A stretch of 64,000 bases of DNA from a virus. Of the stretch, positions 18,571 through 27,827 are shown piece by piece (the first letter of the stretch is position 1; every line of letters starts with the position of its first letter). The stretch covers positions 14,533 through 78,532 of the IMG/VR virus record IMGVR_UViG_3300049215_000802, one strand, 5' to 3'. A model generated the notes under the pieces. It searched no databases. It was not told the DNA's origin and saw only the letters and a program-made list of their open reading frames with translations. A program made the translations under genes and the position numbers.

Positions 18571-18917
18571 CCACCAGAGTTCGCGTTTGCAACCAGGACC
18601 ACCCCGATGACGTACTTGGTCGTATCAGTGCCTGGCGTCAGCGCGACTGCCTGGCCGGAGGCGTTCGGTCCGATCTGGTTGCCGATGGCCAGTGCCGCGC
18701 CGGCCTGCACCTTGGAGACGCCTCCGAAAGCAATCTCGGCCGCATCGTTGTTAGCCGGCGTGTTCTGGAGAACGCCGATCGGCACATCGGTCGTCGCGGC
18801 GCAGAGCACAGCATTTCCGTTGCTGTCGAGCTTGACCAACTTGTACTGGTTGGCCGCCGCCGACAGGTCCGCTCCAGCCTTCAGCGTGAAGGTCTGAAGT
18901 CCAACTTCGTAGGCCAT
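18522..18917 (-). CDS. Capsid cement / DUF2190-family protein
   Basis: AGADLSAA.QYKLVKLD...IGVLQNTP...GVSKVQAGAAL motif; upstream of the capsid gene. Confidence 0.75.
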   Translation of the reverse strand: MAYEVGLQTFTLKAGADLSAAANQYKLVKLDSNGNAVLCAATTDVPIGVLQNTPANNDAAEIAFGGVSKVQAGAALAIGNQIGPNASGQAVALTPGTDTTKYVIGVVLVANANSGGYVTALINSASPHRAA

Positions 18918-18920
18918 CGC

Positions 18921-20888
18921 TTACCGACCTCCCCGCATCTGCTCGCTGAATCGCCGCGCCAGCGCGGGGTTGTCGCGCTGGACTCGACTGAACGCGGTGC
19001 CGTAGTCGAGTTTGTGCTCGGCCATCGCGCGCTTCACCGCGGCGTCAAACTCGGACTCGGCGTCGCCATCCCCGCCGAATGCCTCCGAACCGCGCTCACT
19101 GAAGAGGCCCGAGGTTCGCATCTGCTCGGCGTGCGCCCGGTTCTGCTCGATCTCGTAGCGCACTTCCTCGGAATCCTCGCCAAATGCCTTGGCGAGCTTC
19201 TTCAGGTGGCCGACGTGCTTGGCGGTATCGCCGATCCAGCGGATGCCGTTCGCGGAATTGCGACCGAGGACTTCATCGGTGAATCGCTTCGTCTGCGCCT
19301 CGTCGGTCATCGTGGCCAGTCGATCCGTCGCGGCCTTCAGCTCCGCGGCCTGCTTCGCCGACTCCGCCGCCTGCTTTTCGAGCTGCTCTTTGAAGGCTTT
19401 GTTCTGAGCCTCCATCTCGGCGAAGCGCTTCTCACTCATCGCCTTGTCCTCGCCTCCCTCGTGATCGTGTCGATGCGCCTCCGGGTGTCCGTCGCCCTGC
19501 GGCACGTCACCGCCGTGATCGTGCTCGTGCGAGTGGGTTTCATCCCCGTGGCTGTGCTCGTGGGTATGGCTGTAGTCCTCGGCCGCGCGGCGCTGCTGCG
19601 TTGGCATAGTCGCTCCTTTCGATTGGATGGGTAACCAGGTCCGCGGCGTCGCCGTTTCGCCGGCAGCCAACGGCCGTAAGACGCTCTCTTTGAAAAAGGG
19701 GCGCGTGGTGAGTGCCCCGCCAATCACCACGTCGCGGTAGGTCTTGGTCGTCGCCGGGTCCGTCCAGTCGTCGTACCATTCCGGTGAGACAAACTTGTAG
19801 CGGTTTGCCTCGAGGAACGACCGCCCCCGATCGGTCCACTCGACCATCGCGTCGACGGACCCGTCCGGATTCTGCGAAAGCTGCTTGACCCAGCCGACTG
19901 CGCCGCTGAGCTTCGTCTGGTGCTCGGCGTCCAGCGGCACTTGCTTCTGGTAGATCCCGGCGTTGAAGTTCTTGACGAAGTTCGCCAACCGCTCCGGCGT
20001 GAGCCGAATCTCGCCATAGCTTGGGTGCGTGTACCGCCCTGGCATCGGCAGAAAGGGGATCCGCGTAGGCGCGTCGGCGAAGCAAAGACGCTCGGTAGAC
20101 TCCTTGAAAGTTCGCTCGCGGTAGACGTTCTCGCGACTATGGAAGAGGTCGCACACACCGTTCGGATCGATCGAGCCTTCCACGAGCGTGCAGGTCGCGC
20201 CACAGAAAAACCGGCAGCCACTGCACGCCTGGTCCGGATCCGTCGACGCACGGTAATGAACAGCAGGATCATCTTTCCGCAGATGCGGCTCGTCACCCTC
20301 TTCCTGCTCGCCCATCCACTCAGCACTTTGACGTGCATCCGATCGCGCTCTCCCGCCGGCGTGCGCGCGCGCCTTCCGCATTGCCTCGTCGTACTGGTCC
20401 GGTCGAACCATCCCGCGCAGGTGCTCGATCATCTTGGTCAGAAATGGCCGGCCCGGCTTCTCGGCGGTTGGCTCAGCGTCTTGGTCTTCGCCTTCCTCTT
20501 CGTCGTCCTCGTCATCATCCTGGCCATCACCCATCGGCTCGGCCCGCACAGCGCCCAGCGGCGCATTGACGTGGACCTGGGTAAGTGTCGGTTCGGCCGC
20601 CTTCAGCGCCTCCGGCATCTCATCGTCTTTGGCATCCGGGTGGAACTTCTTCCACGCTGCGCGTACTTTGGCGACGACTTTGGAACGATCGGCGTCGGGG
20701 ATCTCGGCCTTCTCGCCACGGTAACCCGGTCCGAGAGCGGCGGCAGCTCCGCCGACGTGCTCGGCATCGTCAATGCGGAGCTTCCACGTGCTCGACTTGG
20801 TCGGATCAGGCACGTAGGCGTAGTGCTCGGCGGGGTGCTCCCCGTCCGCTTCTTTCTTGGTGACCCGCTCCGCCATTCGCGTCGGCAT
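18921..20888 (-). CDS. Prohead protease (Mu gpI-like) / scaffold with extra N-terminal domains including a HiPIP-like Cys cluster
   Basis: PLDAEH...GAVGWV...VEWT..G....RYKFVSPE...ALTTRPF protease; His-rich linker; C-terminal coiled coil. Confidence 0.8.
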   Translation of the reverse strand: MPTRMAERVTKKEADGEHPAEHYAYVPDPTKSSTWKLRIDDAEHVGGAAAALGPGYRGEKAEIPDADRSKVVAKVRAAWKKFHPDAKDDEMPEALKAAEPTLTQVHVNAPLGAVRAEPMGDGQDDDEDDEEEGEDQDAEPTAEKPGRPFLTKMIEHLRGMVRPDQYDEAMRKARAHAGGRARSDARQSAEWMGEQEEGDEPHLRKDDPAVHYRASTDPDQACSGCRFFCGATCTLVEGSIDPNGVCDLFHSRENVYRERTFKESTERLCFADAPTRIPFLPMPGRYTHPSYGEIRLTPERLANFVKNFNAGIYQKQVPLDAEHQTKLSGAVGWVKQLSQNPDGSVDAMVEWTDRGRSFLEANRYKFVSPEWYDDWTDPATTKTYRDVVIGGALTTRPFFKESVLRPLAAGETATPRTWLPIQSKGATMPTQQRRAAEDYSHTHEHSHGDETHSHEHDHGGDVPQGDGHPEAHRHDHEGGEDKAMSEKRFAEMEAQNKAFKEQLEKQAAESAKQAAELKAATDRLATMTDEAQTKRFTDEVLGRNSANGIRWIGDTAKHVGHLKKLAKAFGEDSEEVRYEIEQNRAHAEQMRTSGLFSERGSEAFGGDGDAESEFDAAVKRAMAEHKLDYGTAFSRVQRDNPALARRFSEQMRGGR

Positions 20889-20916
20889 CAGCCTCTCCAT
20901 CGGCTTGAAACTTGGA

Positions 20917-20963
20917 CAAAACAAAAACGGCGAGCCACTTGCCGAAGCAAGCAACTCGCCGTT
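20917..20963 (-). terminator. Intrinsic terminator-like hairpin between tRNAs and protease gene
   Basis: Minus strand AACGGCGAG...CTTGC-TTCG-GCAAG...CTCGCCGTT followed by TTTGTTTTG. Confidence 0.6.
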
Positions 20964-21006
20964 CTACTGACCTAGGCGACAGGTGGTATTCAATTTCGAT
21001 GGAATC

Positions 21007-21079
21007 AGCCGGTGGCGCGGAATCGAACCCGCTACCCACCGCTTACAAGGCGGTTGCTCTACCGATGAGCTACACCGGC
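21007..21079 (-). tRNA. tRNA-Thr (UGU)
   Basis: GCCGGTG/CACCGGC acceptor stem, D arm, ACCGC-CTTGTAA-GCGGT anticodon arm, GGTTCGATTCC T arm; CCA not encoded. Confidence 0.92.
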
Positions 21080-21088
21080 CTATCCCGG

Positions 21089-21162
21089 TTGCGGGAGGCG
21101 GATTTGGACCGCCGACCTTCGGGTTATGAGCCCGATGAGCTGCCAGACTGCTCCATCCCGCT
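21089..21162 (-). tRNA. Initiator tRNA-Met (CAU)
   Basis: TCGGG-CTCATAA-CCCGA anticodon arm with three G-C pairs, unpaired 1:72 (A:A), T loop TCCAAAT; followed by CCG rather than CCA. Confidence 0.88.
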
Positions 21163-21169
21163 AATTCCT

Positions 21170-21199
21170 ACCCTAACATTTGTTCGAGAGGCTTGTCAA
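21170..21199 (-). promoter_or_regulatory. Putative promoter for the tRNA pair
   Basis: TTGACA-18 nt-(TGT)TAGGGT ending about 8 nt before the tRNA-Met 5' end. Confidence 0.5.
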
Positions 21200-21214
21200 T
21201 AGTCTGAACGAAAC

Positions 21215-21403
21215 TCACTCCCGCACGTCGCGTTGGCTCTCGGGTCGCCACATCACCTGCTCGGGTCGGCCCGTTCGCCGGTTCAACACGACGATCACGG
21301 TTACGCGCGCCAGGTCGATATCGCCGTCAATCTCTTCCTGACGACGATCCAGTTCATCGCAAATAGCCCCGCGGATACCGTCGGTGCGGCTCCTCGTCGC
21401 CAT
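21215..21403 (-). CDS. Small hypothetical phage protein
   Basis: 62 aa, abuts the head morphogenesis gene. Confidence 0.5.
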   Translation of the reverse strand: MATRSRTDGIRGAICDELDRRQEEIDGDIDLARVTVIVVLNRRTGRPEQVMWRPESQRDVRE

Positions 21404-22495
21404 TCAGGAATCTGCCTCACCGTTGGTAATCCCGGCTGTACAACGACATCGCGGGTGTCCGGGGGGCATCATCACCGGTCCGTACATCGTGCTAAACGGC
21501 TGATCCCACGGAACCACTTGCCCGGCGGCTGCACGACATCCATCGCACGTGCGACCGTCTCCCGTGTCGATCCAGACTTTGCGCGCTAACTTCGGCAACA
21601 GTCCCTGATCGACTGCCTGCGACCACAGTAGCCACGTTCCCTGGTTCGCCGCGCCGAGAAGCTCCGTCCGTGCGATCGTCTCGGCCCGTTCGCGGATCAG
21701 GCGCCGGCGGTAGCCGTCCACCAACTGATCGATGCGATCGGCACTCAGTCCGGTGCGCTGCAGCCTCGGGATTTGGTTGCGGCGCATTCCGCCGCGGAGC
21801 AACCGTTCGATATCGGTCTGGCTCAAGCCGGCCAGCGGATCGGTCCCTTTGCCGGCCAGCCACGCCCGATAGTTGTAGACAGCGTTCGCACCGCGGTCGG
21901 TCAATCCAATCGTCGCACGAAGTAGTCGTGCTGTCTCCGCCGGCGTCACGCCATCCTGAAAGGCACGTCGCATCAACATGCGGATCGTCGAGCGGGTGTC
22001 CTCCGTAATCTCGCGGACCAACTCGCCCGCACTGCCGTCAATCCACGCCAACGACTGGGGATTCACCAGGTCAAAACGAGCAACAAAACGCCCGACCGGT
22101 TCAGGACTCGAGAGCCCGGTCACCTTTGGTGCGCGCGGTGGCGGTGGCGGCAAGAGCGTCAACTGGGCCCGTAACTGCTGGTAGAGTGCCCGCGCCGCCA
22201 CATCGCCGGCCGCAGGAATGACGTCGGCGAGCACCTCGCGCGCCGCTTCTAGGACAGTCGAGGTGAAGTCCTCCCACGCAATCGCGTCGAGAGCCGCGTT
22301 GATATCGTGGGATTGAACCGCATCCGTGAGATCGCCGTCGTCGACGTCGTCGCCCAGCCCCATCAGTGTTGATTCGAGGGTATCGGTCAGGTCGGGCACC
22401 TGCGCATCGGCGAGATCCAGCGTCGCTTGCACGTCGGGCGCGATGGGCTCGTCGAAGCGACGGAGCTGGGGAAGACGCGCGACGAAGCGAATCAC
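21404..22495 (-). CDS. Head morphogenesis protein (SPP1 gp7 / Mu gpF-like)
   Basis: RAETIARTE...KVWIDTGDGRTCDGC...PPGHPRCRC; probable GTG start at 22495. Confidence 0.85.
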   Translation of the reverse strand: MIRFVARLPQLRRFDEPIAPDVQATLDLADAQVPDLTDTLESTLMGLGDDVDDGDLTDAVQSHDINAALDAIAWEDFTSTVLEAAREVLADVIPAAGDVAARALYQQLRAQLTLLPPPPPRAPKVTGLSSPEPVGRFVARFDLVNPQSLAWIDGSAGELVREITEDTRSTIRMLMRRAFQDGVTPAETARLLRATIGLTDRGANAVYNYRAWLAGKGTDPLAGLSQTDIERLLRGGMRRNQIPRLQRTGLSADRIDQLVDGYRRRLIRERAETIARTELLGAANQGTWLLWSQAVDQGLLPKLARKVWIDTGDGRTCDGCRAAAGQVVPWDQPFSTMYGPVMMPPGHPRCRCTAGITNGEADS

Positions 22496-22499
22496 CGAG

Positions 22500-22781
22500 T
22501 TAGGCTTTCTCGATCCAATGCCAGGTGCCGTGTTTGTGGCTATCGTCGTGGAGAACCGATGTCTTCCAAACGGCCGCCAGGAACCCATCGACGGGCATGG
22601 TCGCGTAATCGTTCGTGCCGTCGACGAAAACAGCCAGTTGGCAGCAGCCGTTTTCTGGCGGGTGCCCATTGTGGTCGCGCCACACGCGTACGACGATCGC
22701 CGGCCGATGCTGACCGGGGTTTCGGCCGTCATTCATCACAAAGTGAACGATGCGACCTTCCGTGAGACCTTCCATTTCCAC
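22500..22781 (-). CDS. Small phage protein
   Basis: GRIVHFV...RPAIVVRVW...QLAVFVDG motif, familiar from phage hypothetical proteins. Confidence 0.6.
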   Translation of the reverse strand: MEMEGLTEGRIVHFVMNDGRNPGQHRPAIVVRVWRDHNGHPPENGCCQLAVFVDGTNDYATMPVDGFLAAVWKTSVLHDDSHKHGTWHWIEKA

Positions 22782-22932
22782 TCTCCTAGTTCTTACTCAC
22801 CAACCGTCGCTGAACCACCTTCGCCGTTGGCGTCTCGATCGTCAGACACCGCACGCTATAGCCACGGGCATAGGCGGCGTTGAGGAAGCGAAGCGAGTAC
22901 CGATACCACATCGAGAGCCCTATTTCCTTCCC

Positions 22933-23199
22933 CTACGACCCTGGATAGACGAAGCGACATCGCCCAAACTGGTACGAGTTTGCGCCGTAGACTTGGCTCT
23001 CGCAGGCTTCGTACGTTTCCCGTGCCTCGATCTGTGCGATCTCATCCGGGTCAACAGTGACGAACATGCCGTCAGGTATCGGTGTCGCCATGTCAGGCGA
23101 AGCGGCCGGCGAAGCCAACCCAAACACAACCAGCGCGGCAACCAAGAAGATCGCCGCGACAAGCCAGGTCAGGCAGCCCAGACAACTACGCGTCAACAC
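22933..23199 (-). CDS. Small membrane-anchored protein
   Basis: Single N-terminal TM helix, two Cys in the soluble part. Confidence 0.45.
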   Translation of the reverse strand: MLTRSCLGCLTWLVAAIFLVAALVVFGLASPAASPDMATPIPDGMFVTVDPDEIAQIEARETYEACESQVYGANSYQFGRCRFVYPGS

Positions 23200-23495
23200 A
23201 GAGGTGCGCCCACCTGGAACAGGGCAAGCAATCGTTCCTGGATCGCATCGACCGAGACAATCGGCCCGGGCATAACCGCTTGCACCTCTGCGGGAGTAAG
23301 CTTGAACCACTTGCCGTCGTAGCCGCTTTCGTCATCCCGGTAGACGATGACCAGAACCTTGATCAATGCCCCTTCCGGTTTCGACCAGATCGCCTTTTTG
23401 GTCAGAGGATCACACCCGTGGAATGCCCACACCTCGTTATCGGTCGGTGGCTTGAATGTCCAGATCGTCGGCTCCATTGCTTCCATTAGTGACAC
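23193..23495 (-). CDS. Hypothetical protein
   Basis: ORF coupled to neighbours; no motif recognised. Confidence 0.45.
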   Translation of the reverse strand: MSLMEAMEPTIWTFKPPTDNEVWAFHGCDPLTKKAIWSKPEGALIKVLVIVYRDDESGYDGKWFKLTPAEVQAVMPGPIVSVDAIQERLLALFQVGAPLC

Positions 23496-23607
23496 CCCAC
23501 CGCGCAGAATCCAAACGTCTGGGTGAACGTCGTCACGAGGATGGCTACTCCGAGCGCGATCGTGATCAGTAGCTCGGGTGGTGGATCGTACCAGTCAAAG
23601 CGGTCGT

Positions 23608-24117
23608 TCACGTCGCGGCTACCAGTCCATACGGCGTTGAGCTGGCCGTCGCCCGAAACCCGAACAGGCCGAGCAAACGAGACCAGATCGGTCGCGGTGG
23701 GAAGTAGGCGAAGTTGTGAGAGATCACGAAGTCGGTGGCCTTGGTGGTCGCACGAATCGCGCAATCACCCGATTCCATTCGCATCGTGCAAGACGCTACC
23801 CCGACCTTTGGCCCATCAAGCAGGATCGCGGAGCCAGTTCCGCGATAGATCAGTTCGGTTCCGTTGCCAATCAGGATCACGTTGCCAGCGAGCTTGATCG
23901 TTCGAGACAAGACATAACGGCCTGCGGCCAGAGTGATCGTGCCGCCCTTGTCGATCTGCGCTTGCAACCAGTCGGTAATGTCGATCAGGCGATCCGTATC
24001 GATTAGCCGATACTGTTCGGCCGTCGCGGCCCGGGCCTGCGGCGTGCCGACTGTCGTAAGAGTCGCTCCCAGAAGGGCAACACCCATCCCGGCGATGAAG
24101 CGTCGTCGACTAGCCAT
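23608..24117 (-). CDS. Tat-signal protein with short beta-helix-like domain
   Basis: MASRRRFIAGMGVALLG...ARA twin-arginine signal; GGTITLAAGRYVLSRTIKL...VILIGNG beta-helix start. Confidence 0.6.
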   Translation of the reverse strand: MASRRRFIAGMGVALLGATLTTVGTPQARAATAEQYRLIDTDRLIDITDWLQAQIDKGGTITLAAGRYVLSRTIKLAGNVILIGNGTELIYRGTGSAILLDGPKVGVASCTMRMESGDCAIRATTKATDFVISHNFAYFPPRPIWSRLLGLFGFRATASSTPYGLVAAT

Positions 24118-24297
24118 TTACGGCTTCCTCCGTTCCCGAATCACCTGCAACTGCTCAGCGTGTTGATCGGCATATAGCCGGAGTGCCTTGGCGAGCATGT
24201 ACCCGGCTTGCTCCGGTAACTGCCGCCGTTCGTTCTCGGCGATGAGGTCGAGCAGGTCGATCTCTTCCGCCGTCACCTGAGCGTGGATGTATTTCAC
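24118..24297 (-). CDS. Small ribbon-helix-helix-like DNA-binding protein (not in track)
   Basis: GTG start: MKYIHAQVTAEEIDLLDLIAENERRQLPEQAGYMLAKAL... Confidence 0.45.
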   Translation of the reverse strand: MKYIHAQVTAEEIDLLDLIAENERRQLPEQAGYMLAKALRLYADQHAEQLQVIRERRKP

Positions 24298-24442
24298 TCA
24301 GCCTTCACCGAGGTCGTGTGGCAGCTACACCCGCACGATGCTTTCTTTTGGCGCGGTGGATCAATCTTCGGATCGCGCGTGCGATTGTTCGTCGATCGCG
24401 GCCCCTTCCGGTGTTGGCAAGCGTGGCAGCGTTCCGGTGCAC

Positions 24443-25813
24443 TCACGCGCTGTCCTCCTCTTCCGTGCTCCCTTGACCACCAATGGTTTGCGCCTGGCGG
24501 TTCGGCAACGGTGAATAGCCCTCATCCGGTGGCTCCGGTAGACTAGCCACCTGCATCAGTCGCTTCTCGAGCGACCCATCCGCCGATGGGAACAACGGGA
24601 AGCCGGCTTGCGAGAGCTGCTGAATGTACATACCTAGTTCGCCGAGGTTCGGCTGCTCGATGTCGCCGTGCTCCAGAGTCGGCGTGCCGGCCGAGATGTC
24701 GCGCCCGTTCAGCAGCAGGAGCTCCGGTACGGCAAACCGATTGAATGTGCTGGCGATGATGTCGAGGATCGAGCCGATCGCCGTCGCGAAGAGGTCGGTC
24801 TGATCAGATGACAGCGCCCACGAGCCGTGCTGGTTGCTGCCGAGTAAGAGGAATGACGCCAACATCGAGAGCGCCATCCGCGATTCGTACCGCTGGATGA
24901 CCTCGTTCGCGTTGACCTGGCGCGTGCCGCCCGTGCTCAGTAGCTTGAAGTCGTAGAGCGGTTTGCCCTGGTCGTCGTACTCCATCGGCCAGACAATACC
25001 CATCTGCTCGTCGACGCGAACACCGGTCACCGTCTGCTTGATCTTCGCGAGCACGGCTTGCTGATTCGGGGTGGCGGTGCTCGACAGAAGCTCGGCCGGC
25101 ACGTAGGCGATCGGCAAGCCGGCCAGGTCGCGCTCGATGCCGATCGCCTCGACCTTGCGGAGATTCGAGGCGTAATACCAGCTCGTGTACGCGCCGCGCA
25201 GGATTGAGTAGCCTTCAGGGTTATTGAGCCGGCTCGTCGTTCGAAAGAGCAGCGACTTGGCGATCGGGATGTAGCGAATCTGGTAGTCGGGCGGCGGCAG
25301 CTGGACCATGCCACGCAGACCGCCACTTTCGTCGAAGTCCCAGTGGAGCAGTGTCTCTTGCGACCGCGGCGCAAACTTTCGCCAGCCAATCCGTCCGTCC
25401 GAATACTTGCTGTCCTGGGCCGGGTCCGCGCTCCGCCCACTGCGAATCTTGAACACTTTCTCGGACAGCTGCCAGCCAAAGCCCAGCATCGTCAGGACCT
25501 CGGCGACGGTGTCCTCCCACGTCATCGCCATATCCTCGCGACACTGCTCGACGAACTCGGCGTCGTCTTGCGCATCCGGACTCGAGCCGGCCGGCTGAAC
25601 AAACCAGTCAACTTGCCGGATGAGCATCTCGATCGCGCGGAGACAGCCCGCGATGATGGGGTCGTTGTCCATCATCTCGCGGTAGATCTTGCGACCTTGG
25701 AACTGTTGGAGCTCCGGCAGCCGCTCTTCGTAGATGTACCCGGAGAACCGGGTTAAGCCGGTGTTACCGAACTCCCCCAGGTCGACGCGGGGCCGCTTCT
25801 TCTCGTCCGCCAT
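24443..25813 (-). CDS. Portal protein (DUF935 / Mu gp29-like)
   Basis: E.G.TGL....G.I.EE..PEL...YREM..NDP...NNPEG.SILRGAY..W...ERDLAGLP. Confidence 0.9.
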   Translation of the reverse strand: MADEKKRPRVDLGEFGNTGLTRFSGYIYEERLPELQQFQGRKIYREMMDNDPIIAGCLRAIEMLIRQVDWFVQPAGSSPDAQDDAEFVEQCREDMAMTWEDTVAEVLTMLGFGWQLSEKVFKIRSGRSADPAQDSKYSDGRIGWRKFAPRSQETLLHWDFDESGGLRGMVQLPPPDYQIRYIPIAKSLLFRTTSRLNNPEGYSILRGAYTSWYYASNLRKVEAIGIERDLAGLPIAYVPAELLSSTATPNQQAVLAKIKQTVTGVRVDEQMGIVWPMEYDDQGKPLYDFKLLSTGGTRQVNANEVIQRYESRMALSMLASFLLLGSNQHGSWALSSDQTDLFATAIGSILDIIASTFNRFAVPELLLLNGRDISAGTPTLEHGDIEQPNLGELGMYIQQLSQAGFPLFPSADGSLEKRLMQVASLPEPPDEGYSPLPNRQAQTIGGQGSTEEEDSA

Positions 25814-25816
25814 CTG

Positions 25817-27259
25817 CTACCTCCAGCGGCTCGGCGCGGTCAATGGGTCACGACGATTCGGAACGCGCGGCGATGGAGACGACGTCGTATCAGGTCGTTC
25901 CGATCCTGGCGACCACGGGCTCACGCGTGTCATTGAATCAGGGGCGGCATCGCGCGCGTGCTTGCCCAGATCGAGCTCAGCGGCCATGTAGCGCACACAG
26001 TCCATTCCGTGATCGCGCTCCTTGACCGGCTCTTCGCCCTTGTTCCGCCCGCCCGCGACATTCCAGATGTAGCCCTCGACCTCTTCCTCGGCACACGTCG
26101 GCTGAGCCGATTCCGCCAGATACGGATCGCGTTCGACGAGGGCATCGCGTACCAGGAATAGGCGCGGTTTCCCATCGCCGGCGACCTTCAACCGGCTCGC
26201 GACTGCCTGGATCCCCGGCGAGACGTCCTTGCGTGCCGCCTTCGTCGTCATTCCGAGGTGCTTCTCCAGCGTCGCCCGGTCCTCGGCATCGTGATCACAG
26301 ATGATCGAGACCGGGCGCGGGAGATCGCGGGTGATCTCCTTGATGTGACGTGCGTGGTCCTCAACGAGCCGCTGCGTCCGATAGATCTCGCGCAAGCGAT
26401 ACAGCCGCCCGTCGGGGTCCTCGGCCCACTCCTGCCAGACAAACGGATGGGTGAACCCGAAGTCGACGACCCAGTAGCGTCGCCAGCTCGCTGGTACCGA
26501 AAAACGATCGATCAGGTGGATCGCCCGGTCCCAACCGTCGTAGACCAGCCCTTCGGCCGCGGCCCAGATCCCCTTGCGCAGTCGGAGATAACGCACCCCG
26601 GTCAAGGCGTCGAGCTTCGCCATGTATGCCGCACCATACTCGGTTGGCTGCCCCGCGTCATCGAACAGAGCCGGGTTATCCTCGTGGCGGCTCTCGAGCA
26701 TCGCCGTCTTACCCGCATCCGCTCGCCGCTTGAGCCAGTGGGTCGGCATATCCGGGTTACAGTCGCCGACGAGCTGCTGGTACGGCATTCGTCCGTGTCG
26801 GAGGCGCGTAGTCAGCGATTCCCAGTCGTTCTCGGTTGCTTCGGCCGCTTCGTTGACGTAGATCAGGTCGTACTCGCCCGACATAATCTTCTTCGGGTTG
26901 TCGAGGCCACCAATCATCAGGCGGGAACCGTTCGGGTAGCGAAACTGGGGAGGCTCGGCCGCGGAGCCACCGTAAAACTCGACGCCGTCGAGCGTGTGCA
27001 ACACGCGTTGCTGATAGGTCACCAAGGCGGTACCACTCAACGCCGCGTGGGTCTTGCGGACCATCAAGCCACGCATCCCGCCATACTTCAGCGCGCAGAG
27101 GTGAACTTTGTGGAGCGCGGCGTAGGTCTTCCCGGTCCCAGCCGGCCCGGACAGCACGACCTCGGGATCACGGCGCGAGAACACGGCCTTGGCCGCGCCA
27201 CGCGGCCGGTAGGTCACGACCGTGGTCTTCGACGTCGCGCGATTAGACCTCGTCGACAT
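25817..27259 (-). CDS. Terminase large subunit (PBSX-like)
   Basis: Walker A SGPAGTGKT, YVNEA, DCNP, VDFGFTHP nuclease motif, DHGMDCVRY. Confidence 0.93.
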   Translation of the reverse strand: MSTRSNRATSKTTVVTYRPRGAAKAVFSRRDPEVVLSGPAGTGKTYAALHKVHLCALKYGGMRGLMVRKTHAALSGTALVTYQQRVLHTLDGVEFYGGSAAEPPQFRYPNGSRLMIGGLDNPKKIMSGEYDLIYVNEAAEATENDWESLTTRLRHGRMPYQQLVGDCNPDMPTHWLKRRADAGKTAMLESRHEDNPALFDDAGQPTEYGAAYMAKLDALTGVRYLRLRKGIWAAAEGLVYDGWDRAIHLIDRFSVPASWRRYWVVDFGFTHPFVWQEWAEDPDGRLYRLREIYRTQRLVEDHARHIKEITRDLPRPVSIICDHDAEDRATLEKHLGMTTKAARKDVSPGIQAVASRLKVAGDGKPRLFLVRDALVERDPYLAESAQPTCAEEEVEGYIWNVAGGRNKGEEPVKERDHGMDCVRYMAAELDLGKHARDAAPDSMTRVSPWSPGSERPDTTSSPSPRVPNRRDPLTAPSRWR

Positions 27260-27827
27260 CGACCCCTTCATAGCGGCGGACAATGATCTCCCCTGAATGC
27301 TCTTGCTTTTCGGTCCACTGGCCCAGGTCCTGGGCGACCTGCTTCTCGAGCGCGCGCATCTCGGCCGACAATCCGGTGTCGACGCCGTATTTCAAGACCA
27401 ACTCAGATTCTTTGGTCGGAATCAGGATCTCTTGCCCTTCGGGATCGACCGCGCTGCGGTAGGCCTTGACCAGGACTGGCTCAGCGACAAGCAGCCCTGT
27501 TCGCCCACCCGGTATATCGGCCATCGCCGGATCCGCCGCACGCTCGTCGATCACCTGCTGCATCCGCCGGTGACGATCATTCGCGGCATCAACGCGGTTC
27601 TGTCGTTCGGCGATCCCGCGCGCGCGAATCGCCGCGGCGTAGTCGTCCCGAATCTCTTTGATCCGCGCGGCAAACTCCGGGTGTAGCTTCCAGATCGCGA
27701 GAGTACGTCGAATGACGCCGACCTTGGCCGCAATCTCGTGATCGGGCAGCTCGTCGTCGGCGAGAAGCTGCGCGGCTTCCGCGCGACGGTTGGTCCAGAC
27801 AAAAGGACTGGCGACGTCCATCGGCAC
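27243..27827 (-). CDS. Terminase small subunit
   Basis: N-terminal HTH (DHEIAAKVGVIRRTLAIWKLHPEF), GQWTEKQEHSG end, upstream of TerL. Confidence 0.75.
   Translation of the reverse strand: MPMDVASPFVWTNRRAEAAQLLADDELPDHEIAAKVGVIRRTLAIWKLHPEFAARIKEIRDDYAAAIRARGIAERQNRVDAANDRHRRMQQVIDERAADPAMADIPGGRTGLLVAEPVLVKAYRSAVDPEGQEILIPTKESELVLKYGVDTGLSAEMRALEKQVAQDLGQWTEKQEHSGEIIVRRYEGVDVDEV

Noticed and set aside
18507-19634. Long antisense ORFs (also 26258-27286, 35229-36263, 53693-55063, 14520-15596)
   Set aside because: They overlap well-supported genes, are Arg/Pro-rich and motif-free, as expected for high-GC shadow frames.
20912-21202. 96-aa plus-strand ORF
   Set aside because: It is the antisense translation of two tRNA genes and a terminator.
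21404-22732. 442-aa head morphogenesis ORF as called by the track
   Set aside because: Its first ~80 codons overlap the separate 22500-22781 gene; the GTG at 22495 is the more plausible start.
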